A program made the translations under genes and the position numbers. The notes below the pieces were generated by a model, which did not search any database, was not told the DNA's origin, and saw nothing but the letters and a program-made list of their open reading frames with translations. A stretch of DNA of 63,332 nucleotides, counting the filler, from Octopus bimaculoides (taxonomy: Eukaryota), in the NCBI RefSeq assembly GCF_001194135.2. It is 5 parts of 5 records of this genome, joined end to end, with 100 filler letters (N's around TTAATTAATTAA, not from the genome) between each part and the next. Parts side by side here need not be neighbours in the genome. Positions count along the whole stretch, not along the records: positions 1 to 28,374 come from NC_069010.1; positions 28,475 to 45,925 come from NC_068981.1; 3 more parts are not named here. The stretch is one strand, 5' to 3'. This document shows, in pieces, positions 21,700-34,424 of this stretch (its first letter is position 1; each line of letters begins with the position of its first letter).

Positions 21700-23166
21700 C
21701 CTGGGGATGATGGCACACTGACTGGACCCCAAGACTTGCATGAGGCAACACGCCGTCCTAGCCTGTTCTTAGCTCAGAAGACATCACACCTTTGATATTC
21801 TCGCCCAGGCTATGGTGGACACCCATTACAAGTTCCATCTACAAGACAAGGTGACCAGGACCACAACGCACAACGGCAAAGATTTTGCCAAGGCATTTAT
21901 GCAGTTTGGTACAGAAGTTGAACTCTTGTCAGACATTACTGAGGCTGCTGCCGATCCAGNNNNNNNNNNNNNNNNNNNNNNNNNNNNNNNNNNNNNNNNN
22001 NNNNNNNNNNNNNNNNNNNNNNNNNNNNNNNNNNNNNNNNNNNNNNNNNNNNNNNNNNNNNNNNNNNNNNNNNNNNNNNNNNNNNNNNNNNNNNNNNNNN
22101 NNNNNNNNNNNNNNNNNNNNNNNNNNNNNNNNNNNNNNNNNNNNNNNNNNNNNNNNNNNNNNNNNNNNNNNNNNNNNNNNNNNNNNNNNNNNNNNNNNNN
22201 NNNNNNNNNNNNNNNNNNNNNNNNNNNNNNNNNNNNNNNNNNNNNNNNNNNNNNNNNNNNNNNNNNNNNNNNNNNNNNNNNNNNNNNNNNNNNNNNNNNN
22301 NNNNNNNNNNNNNNNNNNNNNNNNNNNNNNNNNNNNNNNNNNNNNNNNNNNNNNNNNNNNNNNNNNNNNNNNNNNNNNNNNNNNNNNNNNNNNNNNNNNN
22401 NNNNNNNNNNNNNNNNNNNNNNNNNNNNNNNNNNNNNNNNNNNNNNNNNNNNNNNNNNNNNNNNNNNNNNNNNNNNNNNNNNNNNNNNNNNNNNNNNNNN
22501 NNNNNNNNNNNNNNNNNNNNNNNNNNNNNNNNNNNNNNNNNNNNNNNNNNNTATGGAGATTAAATACGCTTTACACCGCTTAATCAGCCAAAGGAGTAAA
22601 TGTAAACAACTGAATACTTGTCAGTGATTGGTTGAAATTATCGAAATAAGACAATTTTTTACATGAAATAAATTCGAATACAAAAATATTTTTCTGTTCT
22701 ATAACACAAAATAGATAAGTACACGAAGTTTGAAAGTCTTTCCGTACCAAAAACACTACGTAAAACATTAATGAAAAATGTGGCCCCCGTTTTAAAATAG
22801 ATCCAAAATGAGGAAGATGATTTCTTCAGCAACATCACTCAGTTCCGGGAGATCAGGAGCCACAGGTCACTGATGTTCAAGGCGCAGAACTTGGTGAAGA
22901 CCTGGCTGGAGACCGTCTCAATGGAGGTCCTGAATGAAGTCGCCTTTTTGGGTGAGCATGTCTTGATCGACCTGTTCACCAAGTATAACAATACCATCCC
23001 ATCTAGTGCTGCAGTTGAGCACCTATTCTCTATAGGCAAAGATATTTTGAAGGCCAAGAGAGCCACCCTTTCAGATGGTAACTTTGAGAGACTGATATTT
23101 ACGAAGGGCAACCAGCATCACGTCGCGTGGCGACAGAGAAGGCCCAGCCAGAGTAGTACACCTTGA
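21700..23166 (+). pseudogene. hAT-superfamily transposase relic, interrupted by a gap
   Basis: HTFDILAQAM...LQDKVTRTTTHNGKDFAKAF resembles the TTDNxxNFxKAF catalytic-region motif. KYNNTIPSSAAVEHLFS...KRATLSDGNFERL matches the hAT C-terminal dimerisation motif. Confidence 0.85.
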
Positions 23167-24177
23167 TCAACATCTGATTTTGGCATGATACCTATGTTAT
23201 ACTATACTGTTATAAGTCATTCAATACTTTTTGTACTGTAAATAAAGTGTATGTTGACTGAAAAACTAATGTTTAATTTCATTTGTTCATTTAATTATTT
23301 GCACATACCTTGATCATTATCTGATCATGGTATGCTATACAATTTTTGGAAAGCTCTATGTCTAAGCTATAATNNNNNNNNNNNNNNNNNNNNNNNNNNN
23401 NNNNNNNNNNNNNNNNNNNNNNNNNNNNNNNNNNNNNNNNNNNNNNNNNNNNNNNNNNNNNNNNNNNNNNNNNNNNNNNNNNNNNNNNNNNNNNNNNNNN
23501 NNNNNNNNNNNNNNNNNNNNNNNNNNNNNNNNNNNNNNNNNNNNNNNNNNNNNNNNNNNNNNNNNNNNNNNNNNNNNNNNNNNNNNNNNNNNNNNNNNNN
23601 NNNNNNNNNNNNNNNNNNNNNNNNNNNNNNNNNNNNNNNNNNNNNNNNNNNNNNNNNNNNNNNNNNNNNNNNNNNNNNNNNNNNNNNNNNNNNNNNNNNN
23701 NNNNNNNNNNNNNNNNNNNNNNNNNNNNNNNNNNNNNNNNNNNNNNNNNNNNNNNNNNNNNNNNNNNNNNNNNNNNNNNNNNNNNNNNNNNNNNNNNNNN
23801 NNNNNNNNNNNNNNNNNNNNNNNNNNNNNNNNNNNNNNNNNNNNNNNNNNNNNNNNNNNNNNNNNNNNNNNNNNNNNNNNNNNNNNNNNNNNNNNNNNNN
23901 NNNNNNNNNNNNNNNNNNNNNNNNNNNNNNNNNNNNNNNNNNNNNNNNNNNNNNNNNNNNNNNNNNNNNNNNNNNNNNNNNNNNNNNNNNNNNNNNNNNN
24001 NNNNNNNNNNNNNNNNNNNNNNNNNNNNNNNNNNNNNNNNNNNNNNNNNNNNNNNNNNNNNNNNNNNNNNNNNNNNNNNNNNNNNNNNNNNNNNNNNNNN
24101 NNNNNNNNNNNNNNNNNNNNNNNNNNNNNNNNNNNNNNNNNNNNNNNNNNNNNNNNNNNNNNNNNNNNNNNNNNNNN

Positions 24178-24216
<39 letters not shown>

Positions 24217-24339
24217 GAGACAGAGAGATACATACATACACACATCGCACGTGTGCATTGATTGCCACCTCTTTACAGAAGGCAATCTCTTCAGTTTTGT
24301 ATCGAGCAGCTGTGAGCATGCATGTGGCTCTTCAGGCCT

Positions 24340-25365
24340 GCTTTAGTTTTGCAAGTTTCGCTGCAAATGTGACAAACAAAAGACTTGGCCTTACTGTTGA
24401 CAATTAACCAGGTCTTTGTGCAATCTGATATGACTTTTCAGACCCGCTGCAGATTCACATACTTTGCCCCACTAATCGACAGAAAATACTTGGAGGCCGT
24501 TGAAGAAAGATCTGTGCTTAATTAGCCTGTAATTGTTTGCCATCACGAGACAATGTAGTTCTTATTACAAGTCCGGTTCTGGACGAACCAATCCTATTGC
24601 AGAAGTGTCTGGAATTTAAGTCAAGTGCCTGTTTTCAAAGTGCTCATTTCAAGAGGAAGTATTTGATTTTATGTGCTTCAAATTCTTTAGAACAGTTACA
24701 GATCACAACTTTACAAACCGATTAATTTTTCGTCATCTGCTCCTTGTCTTCAACATCCAGACTCAGAGCCTAAAGGTTGTTTTTCGACAGCATCCCTAAA
24801 ACGTTTCTTAGGTTTACATTACAGATGTTCACCACGTTGCAACTCCCTATAAAACAACTGCTCAGGAAACCTGTCGTTCTGCATCCAAGTAAGATGCCCA
24901 GCCCAACGCATTTGATTGCATATAAGGAGCATCTCAATACCAGATGTGTTGGCCCTCTGAAGAACAGCAGTGTCTGGTGCTGGAGACTGCTGTTTGACAT
25001 TTAAAATACTCCTAAGTCAATCAAGTATGATGGAATGTTTCCAAAGTTTTGATATGAAGAGTATAAAAACAGCAGTTTAAAAAAGCACAATTCGTAAATG
25101 CTAAGCTTGGTTTTGATGGGGAGTGTCTCTGTCAGACCAAACACGATTTTCAAGCCTTTCAAAGGCTTTTCTGATCCTCAGATTGATTCCAGAATCAAGG
25201 GAACCATCTTTAGAGAGAGCGCTACCAAGATACAAGACAGACGATGTAACATGACCTTTGTTTTCTTCAGACTGATGTTCAGTTCAAAAGCAGTGCATGC
25301 TCCAGAGAAGAGATCCATTATAACGTGTGTCTCTTCTTCAGTGTAAGTAATAAGAACTACATCGT
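24340..25365 (-). mobile_element. Degenerate RTE-clade LINE, RT C-terminal half
   Basis: LYTDD (YADD-like), LNISLKKTKVM, YLGS, QMRWAGH and KPKKRFRD motifs spread over frameshifts. Confidence 0.8.
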
Positions 25366-25514
25366 CAGTATAAAGGGGGGGTTGGTAATTTAAAAATGCC
25401 GATTTTTGCCAATGCTTTCGCAGATTCGTATTCCCCATAGCCAAAAAGGGGGTGTTCCTGTTGGAAAAAAAAAAAATTTAAAGCGTTTTTTCTTGGTGGG
25501 TGGCCCGAAGTCTT

Positions 25515-25585
25515 GCCGGTTAGGCTTTTAGGGTTAGGGTGTTAGGGTTAGGTTTAGAGGTTTAGGGTTAGGGGTTAGGGAAAAA
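25515..25585 (+). repeat. Degenerate (TTAGGG)n tract inside an interspersed element
   Basis: ttttagggttagggtgttagggttaggtttagaggtttagggttaggggttaggg. Confidence 0.75.
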
Positions 25586-26319
25586 AGTCAAAATTGAATT
25601 TGGGAGGAGGAAANNNNNNNNNNNNNNNNNNNNNNNNNNNNNNNNNNNNNNNNNNNNNNNNNNNNNNNNNNNNNNNNNNNNNNNNNNNNNNATTGTCCCC
25701 CTTAACATCGCTTGACAACCGATGCTGATGTGTTTACGTCCTCGTAACTTAGCGGTTCGGTAAAAGCAACCGATAGAATAAGTACTAGACTAACAAAAAA
25801 ATAAGTCTTGGGGTCGATTCGTTCGACTAAAAGGCGGTGCTCCAGCAAGGCCACAGTCAAATGACTGGAACAAGTAAGAGAATAAAAGAATACACCTACA
25901 CACATATCGATGTGCACGCGCGCGCACACACACACACACAGTCTTGTATTTATATCAAGGAATGCAAACGCAACAAAAAACAAACAAAACAAAAAAAGCT
26001 GAAATTCATGTTTGAACATGTTTTACCAGTCGTTTAAACACAAACTGCTAGCGAACCATTTACTGCGTTTTACGTCATCGCTTTTTATCGTCATTATTTT
26101 GAAAACACGCCGAATGCACGCAAGGTAAGATTCGAACTATCGACTGATATTTTGAAATTAGTCTATTCAATCTGTTGTGTTGCTTAATGATTTTTTTTTT
26201 TTACTAATTACTAATCCTTTATGAACACTATCAAGAGATCTAACTGTTATATCATCATTGTTGTGACTCATACAAACGTTTGTAGATATATATTATTTAT
26301 ATATCGTAGTTTAGCCCTC

Positions 26320-26680
26320 GGTCACTCGTGATTACGCAGACCTATGATCAAAGACGTTCCAGTTGTAATCTACCCGTCTTTTATTCGGGAATAGTGTATC
26401 TAGGACTACATTATCTATGGTGTTCTTTATTGTTGTTCTTGTTTAACCCCAGGTTCGACCTAACCCGGTAGATCTATCATCAAAGATGTTCCAGCTGTCG
26501 TCTATTCGTGTTTTCGGACGTAGTGCATCAAGGACTACATTATCTGATGTGTCATTCCTTATTGCTGTTGTTTAGCACCCGGATCATATCCAGATTCCAG
26601 CGGACGTGTGATCAAAGGGGTTTCCAGCTGTAACCACCCTGTATTTTATTTACACATAATGTATCGAATGTATGCTTCCC
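26320..26680 (-). repeat. About 3 tandem units of the same 110-130-bp family as 15655-16440
   Basis: tagtgtatctaggactacattatct and gacctatgatcaaagacgttccag cores in reverse orientation. Confidence 0.75.
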
Positions 26681-28158
26681 TTCTAAGAGAGTAGGTTATG
26701 ATTTGAGGGAAAGAGATCTAACTGTTATTTTTAATTAATCGAGCAACAAGTGGAAGCTGATTCGGCTCGGGTCTGCTGCGTATGTGTGTGTCCAGTACTA
26801 TCTTAAGACATGGTCACATTGAGCAGTGCCCAGAGGCTTCACCGGCCTAGGCGCCCAATTCTGATCTACATATACGCTGGTTTTGTCAATAAGTAAATAC
26901 TATAGAGCTCAGTGCATTGGGGCCTATAATATTAAGACATCCTTGTGTGTGTGTGTGTTTTCAAGTGGTTGCAGGCGTGGCCGAATGGTCAAGAAGTTTA
27001 CTTGGCGATCAAGATGTCCCGAGTTCGATCTAGGGCTAATGCAATTTGCTTAGGGAGTGCAAACCTAGGTCCGAATTTTTTTTTACAAACAAGGTCGATT
27101 TTTTTCAATCCTAATTTGAAACCAAACAAAGGTACAATAATAATAATAATAATTATTATTATTATATCTGTACATCAATCAAATCAGATAAATCCAATAA
27201 TGAAAAGTAATGATTCAAATTAGGCCAAAAATGTATCTACGCTCGTTCGTTTTGGCGATGAAGTTTTTTCAGGAAGATGTTCATTGCATTTTCATGCCCG
27301 CCTCATTCCGCCCACAAAATTTTTCGAGGGTGTACTTGCATTCCCTGTTCCCGAATCAATGTTAGATGGACAGCAAACTGTATTTGAGAGCCCTACGTTG
27401 GGATTCTAATATAATCAAAAGACCCACCCAGCCTTGTCACTAATTTTTGCTTGCATTACGGGTATAGGGTCTGTAGAATGTTGTGCCCAACCAAATTTGT
27501 TTCCTCATAACTTCCAGAAAAATTAATATTTTTTAATGAAATTTTCTACAGACACGCTTCAGATGGAGTAGATTTCAATTATATCGGAATTTCTTGTCAA
27601 AAAAAAAAAAAAAANNNNNNNNNNNNNNNNNNNNNNNNNNNNNNNNNNNNNNNNNNNNNNNNNNNNNNNNNNNNNNNNNNNNNNNNNNNNNNNNNNNNNN
27701 NNNNNNNNNNNNNNATCCTCCTGTATTTTCTTTTACCCAAAGCCAGGAACTTTTCAGCACACCCCTTGAACATTTTTGTTATGTATTTCAGATACCATCT
27801 ACCCTTTCCTGCTGCTGTTAATCCCATTAGAAGTGGTGCTTATGATGGTCTGTATGCGGAGCTGTTGTCGGTCCTTGCAAAACGAAACTCCCAGAACATA
27901 TATCACAAACCCGTTTAGGTTATTTCAAAGAAGAGCAGAACGTCAAAATCAGGTGAGCTGAGCCCCGCTTCATTGAAACTATCTCTCTTTACCCCCATCT
28001 TCAACCATGTTACCCTCCACCCACACTCTTATAACCCCTACTTCCCCTTCCTGATCAACTGTCTGTATCGTTTGTCACTTCTTGAAATTTTCCTCTGGCA
28101 CCCCTATCACAACTATCTTATCTTTTTCACAGATAGGCCTACCCTTATATAGTGCAAG

Positions 28159-28374
28159 TGGAGGCGCAATGGCCCAGTGGTTAGGGCAGCGGACTCGCGG
28201 TCATAGGATCGCGGTTTCGATTCCCAGACCGGGCGTTGTGAGTGTTTATTGAGTGAAAACACCTAAAGCTCCACGAGGCTCCGGCAGGGGATGGTGGCGA
28301 ACCCTGCTGTACTCTTTCACCACAACTTTGTCTCACTCTTACTTCCTGTTTCTGTTGTGCCTGTAATTCAAAGG
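28159..28374 (+). mobile_element. SINE family B, 5' part
   Basis: Near-identical to 7041-7260. Confidence 0.9.
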
Positions 28375-29640
28375 NNNNNNNNNNNNNNNNNNNNNNNNNN
28401 NNNNNNNNNNNNNNNNNNTTAATTAATTAANNNNNNNNNNNNNNNNNNNNNNNNNNNNNNNNNNNNNNNNNNNNTATATATATATATATATATTGCATTT
28501 TCAACTTTAAAGCATTTTTTTAAAACTTTCCATCCGACGTGTGCCAGCAAATTTTTGTCTGATCTTCAGTGCGTCACGAAATCAAAAGGAAAAAGAACCA
28601 CCGGTCTATTTACTCGTGAACAGAGATAAGGTAATTAATGGCGAACTGTGCTTAAAGTGAATTATTGTTCAGTCGTTGCCGATGGAAATCTATGAGCAAC
28701 AAGATCTAAGGGCTAAAATGTCTACAGCCGTCGTTTGATTAAGTCGGAGACAGGGTGAAATAACAAAGAACAAAGCGAGTAGCGAAACAATATTTAAATG
28801 AAGTCGTACGGATCTCGACAGTTCAGAGGGTTCGGAGTTTCCAAAAAATAGTAAACATTGTCTGTGAAGTGAGCGTGGCAGATATGATTTCAATTCAAAC
28901 ACGTTGGTTTGCATTCACTCTATTAAATATCTCTAAACTAAGAGAGTTAATGTTTGAGATAAGACTTCTGCAATTTCTGCAACTACGTTGTAGATAAAGC
29001 GCACCAACTTTGGACGATAAAAGAACCGACTGTTATTATTCGCAATAGATCTGAATGTATACACGCTGACAGAGATTACAAAAACCCTTTCTACATATTA
29101 ATAGTAAATTTTATCCTTTTTTCCAAACCAAACATAGTAGACTAAAGATGAAATAAAGATAAAAAGGATCTTGCGAAGATAGTTCAGGAGATTAAAAAAG
29201 TACGAGAAAGGACTATTAGTTTATCAAATCAGCGACGTGAAGATTTTTATCATTTGATGCTGGAAAATGATATTGATGGTTAGCATGTTACTGAGAGGTT
29301 TCAGAGTGGAAATATCTACGTTATGTTACTCTGACATTACAACGGTTGTATCATTTAACTTGTCATTCAGCCGGATTAAAATTTCCTGTTTTGGAATGCG
29401 GATTACATAGATTAAATTAACAAAATAAATTAATTACTAAAATACTAAATCACTTTTAAGAGAAAGTAATATGTGTTGGAACTGAATCTCATTAGAAAAA
29501 CGTCAGTGTTTGCATTTTCAGACAATGAGGTTTTTATCCGATGTCGTCTTAGCTTTTAATTTCTTATCTTGTCTGTCTCAATGTGTGATGAAATAATTAA
29601 CGCCAGTTTGACAGAGTACAGTAAAGTTTTGCACAGGTAG

Positions 29641-29736
<96 letters not shown>

Positions 29737-29822
29737 TNNNNNNNNNNNNNNNNNNNNNNNNNNNNNNNNNNNNNNNNNNNNNNNNNNNNNNNNNNNNNNN
29801 NNNNNNNNNNNNNNNNNNNNNN

Positions 29823-29880
<58 letters not shown>

Positions 29881-30528
29881 TGTATGTATGTATGTATACA
29901 GAAAGATAGCATACACACGCATATACACATATACACATAGATACTTGTGCGTATCTATATGTTAACGTAAACATATATTTGTGTGTGTGTGTGTGTGTAC
30001 ATATTATGTATGATATGCATATATGTGTGTGGATGTGGGTGCATGTATGTTCTTACTGTTGGCAAAGGCTGCATGGCGTTCAATTATTAAATAGAAATGA
30101 AGAAAAAACACACATTACGTACAGGACATCACCAACAAGCGAAAAATACGTCAACACACAACGAGAGACAAGTAGCAAACGAATGGCAAGTACTAACGTG
30201 AGATAAATACCAAAAGAAGTCTAACTCATCCTCGGTTGTCTACTGTTTATTACTACCTGTTTCGTGCTTTCAACGCCAAGACAGGAAGACTTCATAAGAC
30301 AGCAGCATCCAGAAATTTTAAAACTATAAAACTTGCGGAGAGTTTGGGCTTCGCACGAACAAACGACGCCAGAGTGGACATACGGAAACGATCAACCAAG
30401 ACAGACGTTTAGGGCCCTTAGGTCAAGACGAATTGTAATGAGTAACGCCTGGGAGAAATTTTGAAAGGACAGAGAATAAATAGAAGAGAAAAATAGAAGA
30501 GTAAAAAAGGTATCGGGAGGCGAGGGGA

Positions 30529-31320
30529 ATGACGTCCGGCTAGGTATGACGTCCGGCTAGGTATGACGTCCGGCTAGGTAGNNNNNNNNNNNNNNNNNNN
30601 NNNNNNNNNNNNNNNNNNNNNNNNNNNNNNNNNNNNNNNNNNNNNNNNNNNNNNNNNNNNNNNNNNNNNNNNNNNNNNNNNNNNNNNNNNNNNNNNNNNN
30701 NNNNNNNNNNNNNNNNNNNNNNNNNNNNNNNNNNNNNNNNNNNNNNNNNNNNNNNNNNNNNNNNNNNNNNNNNNNNNNNNNNNNNNNNNNNNNNNNNNNN
30801 NNNNNNNNNNNNNNNNNNNNNNNNNNNNNNNNNNNNNNNNNNNNNNNNNNNNNNNNNNNNNNNNNNNNNNNNNNNNNNNNNNNNNNNNNNNNNNNNNNNN
30901 NNNNNNNNNNNNNNNNNNNNNNNNNNNNNNNNNNNNNNNNNNNNNNNNNNNNNNNNNNNNNNNNNNNNNNNNNNNNNNNNNNNNNNNNNNNNNNNNNNNN
31001 NNNNNNNNNNNNNNNNNNNNNNNNNNNNNNNNNNNNNNNNNNNNNNNNNNNNNNNNNNNNNNNNNNNNNNNNNNNNNNNNNNNNNNNNNNNNNNNNNNNN
31101 NNNNNNNNNNNNNNNNNNNNNNNNNNNNNNNNNNNNNNNNNNNNNNNNNNNNNNNNNNNNNNNNNNNNNNNNNNNNNNNNNNNNNNNNNNNNNNNNNNNN
31201 ATGACGTCCGGCTAGGTATGACGTCCGGCTAGGTATGACGTCCGGCTAGGTATGACGTCCTGCTAGGTATGACGTCCGGCTAGGTATGACGTCCGGCTAG
31301 GTATGACGTCCGGCTAGGTA
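30529..31320. repeat. 17-bp minisatellite (ATGACGTCCGGCTAGGT)n spanning a 619-N gap
   Basis: 3 units before and 7 units after the gap, with one variant unit. Stops on both strands, so non-coding. Confidence 0.95.
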
Positions 31321-32164
31321 GACCTCTCATCCAGAAAGGCCTCTAACACCTTTTGCACATTTTTCTAAGCCAAATTACATGTTTATTTCTTTGGTAAATC
31401 CATGTAATTCTCTGTTAATCTAATTACTGATATTAATGGACATGTCCGTTTTGATATGTATCGTGTTATGTATTGTTACTATGTTTGTATGTATTGTTAC
31501 TAAGGATGGATATATTTATTTATGGAGAAACGTCTGATATTGTAAGTGCTATTTCATGGTTAGGAACTTTTGCTAAAGTAATTTTCATTTGGTCAGGAAT
31601 GACGATTCTTTGGTGAATATTTTTGAAATTGTCAATTAAGCCAATCAAAGAATTTGTCGAACTAATTAACTTCGTAACTTTGTCAGCACTGGTATCTTTG
31701 TTACAGTCTATTCTACTCAAACTCATTGCATGTTGCGTAACTGCGAGTTCTACGTTTGGTGCAGTCGAATTCGGCAAGGTAATCACGATAGCCATATATA
31801 AGCCCATCAACAAAACGATGTATAATTTTAGCTTTCAGAAATGACCCCTGGCGCCTCATCAGCGAGTGTGTTCGCACCATCGATGGTACTTTACTTTCCG
31901 ACGGAGAAAACGCGTAACAAAGATGCGATCGAGTGCCACCAGTGGCCGGCCACTTTCTACTTACACTGGCACGACGCCAAATCAAAGCCTCACTGATGCA
32001 ATCAAAATGAGCAAGAGTTTCGGCTTCCGCAGCATGACTGAAGCATATAAAAGAACAACTATCCTTAGACGAACACTTTTCAATGATGCGCACATAGTGT
32101 TTTAATCGTATATTAATGTCTGTGTGAATATCGGGACGTGATGCGGCAATAAACGAAGCTCCTC

Positions 32165-32767
32165 TAAGGCGGTGAGCTGGCAAAGACTTTAGCACGCCGG
32201 GCGAAAGACTTAGCGGTATTTCATCTACCTTTACGTTCGGAGTTCAAATTCCGCTGAGGTCGACTTTGCCTTTCATCCTTTCGGGGTCGATAAATTAAGT
32301 ACCAGTTGCGTACTGGAGTCGATCTAATCGACTGGCCCCTTCCGCCAAAATTTCGGGCCTTGTTCTTAGATTTGTTGTTGTTGTTGTTGGCACTCCGTCG
32401 CTTACGACGTCGAGGGTTCCAGTTGATCCGATCAACGGAACAGCCTGCTCGTGAAATTAACGTGCAAGTGGCTGAGCACTCCACAGACGCGTGTACCCTT
32501 AACGTAGTTCTCGGGGATATTCAGCGTGACACAGTGTGACAAGGCTGACCCTTTGAATTACAGGCACAGCAGAAACAGGAAGTAAGAGTGAGAGTAAGTT
32601 GTGGTGGAAGAGTACAGCGGGGTTCGCCACAATCCCCTGCCGGAGCCTCGTGGAGCTTTAGGTGTTTTCGCTCAATAAACACTCACAACGCCTGGTCTGG
32701 GAATCGAAACCGCGGCCCTATGACCACGAGTCCGCTGCCGTAACCACTGGGTCATTGCGCCTCCACT
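32165..32767. mobile_element. SINE family C (+, 32165-32365) abutting SINE family B (-, 32370-32767)
   Basis: Both match their families; B ends in (AAC)n. Confidence 0.85.
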
Positions 32768-34364
32768 TGTGCTTAGAGTAGAAAAGAATAAACGAATCTC
32801 CTCGCGTGTTCAATCGGTCGGTTTTGGAAAATGTTATTAGCATATGTTGCAAAATGTTTTGTGTTGGCTTGAATTTGTATCTCATTATAGCTAAAATAAA
32901 ACTACGATGTTCAGCTTGAGAGTGAGCAAGCTGTGTTAGTTTCTTCACTAAGCCCATGATACCAATCTTAACATTGAATGCAACAGTAAGAGAAAACATA
33001 AATTTCGTTGTTAAAACAGTTATTTCAGAACATGTAATTAATTTGTGAAATAAATATAACATCCAAACTGAGTGCAACAAATCTAAACATAAAGGACAGC
33101 TATTTTCCAATGCATTGTAATAGAAGTGGCCAAGAAATAGTAAAATCATGGAAAAAGTAATGTAATGGTAGTTCTATGAAGAAAACCGTTGTATGTTAAC
33201 AATGGAAGAAGGAAGGTAAGACAGTTACAGAGAATTGGTAATGTATTAACAATAACATATAAATTGGCCGCGAGCAGCAAGAACAAAAAACTACAATGTA
33301 TGGACGATAGAGAGACAAAGAGATAGAGAAATACGAATAGAGCTGATTGTGTATTGTTTATCGTCAGGATGAAAAGTTCTTAGGCTTTATAAGGGTAATG
33401 TAAAGAGATTCTGCTTTTCCTGTGGACAGTTTTATGGATAAAAAAGATGGCAATTATGGATATGTATTTCAGCAGAAGCAACGTTAAACAAGAAGACAGA
33501 AAGAAAAAGGAAGGAAAAAGATCAAGTCTGAAACAATAATAAAGAGACCGCACATACAAAGAATAAGTTGAAAGCCAAAGCTTTGTTGTAATGTTGGTGT
33601 GGTGAAAGAAGAATAGATTGTGCTCGTAGCCTGTTGTATACAACAGGCTCTCTGACTCAGGCGACATCAATGCTGTTAACGTTCCTCTTGAACAAGTACC
33701 ATTCGAAGCTGCTTCAAAAACGTGTGGAGGGAAGGAAATCAAGAAGACTGAGGCTGAAGAGTGGCTGGACTGTGTTTAGAGAGGCAGGATTGAGTGTGGG
33801 GTGGCAGGATAGGGTGTAGTATTTATTACAGGGATCAGGGTGGTCAAAATACAAGGGAGGAGAGCAGGAGAGTCAAGAGTGTTTAACTCAAAATGACACA
33901 GGTTGTAATAATGAGATCAATCTAAGTAGGGATATTCTGAAATCATTTAATATGTACGTTTCAAGTTTGTGTAATTTATAATAGGGAACGCATCCATTAC
34001 GTGAACCCTTCTCAGTTGCAGTTGGTGGTGCTAAAAAGGGAAGGCATGGGAGAAACAGCGGTTATATGCCAGAAGTTTCAGTGTACTAGTCTGCGACTTT
34101 ATGTTATTCACTCAACTGACAGATGTAGGAGCCGTTATTAATCCATTGTAGGTATCACCCATAGGAAAGTAGTTATTAGGGGCCAAAGTATTTTCGGGAC
34201 CTAAAGAGGAAGGCTAGTTTTTTTTTCTTCACTTGCATTATTTATTATGTTGAGGATGTGTGTTAGATATCAGAGATCTTCTGTAACGGTAACACATGGC
34301 AATTATGGAGCGATCGTGATGGTTTTTGGTGTGTGGTGTTCATGTTTAGAACGCGGGAGATGCC

Positions 34365-34424
<60 letters not shown>

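Noticed and set aside
28419-28430. Isolated TTAATTAATTAA islands between N runs (also 45970-45981, 54959-54970, 61607-61618)
   Set aside because: Where counted, the island is flanked by 44 N on each side (100 bp total), and the 12-mer is a palindrome with stops in all six frames. It is a synthetic scaffolding linker, not biology. Distances across these joins are unreliable.
29135-29279. Protein-like stretch KKDLAKIVQEIKKVRERTISLSNQRREDFYHLMLENDIDG
   Set aside because: In-frame stops lie between the best acceptor and the open stretch, and it does not join the neighbouring candidate exons in frame.
31820-31870. Minus-strand CTGATGA...GAAAGCTA hammerhead-like match (also CTGATGA at 595, 38860 and 58945)
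   Set aside because: No stem I pairing and weak or no stem II; the 58945 match is inside a coding exon. These are chance matches.
32718-33149. 143-aa ORF with SCPLCLDLL, resembling a RING start
   Set aside because: The remaining RING ligands (C-x-H, CxxC) are absent and there are no convincing splice sites.
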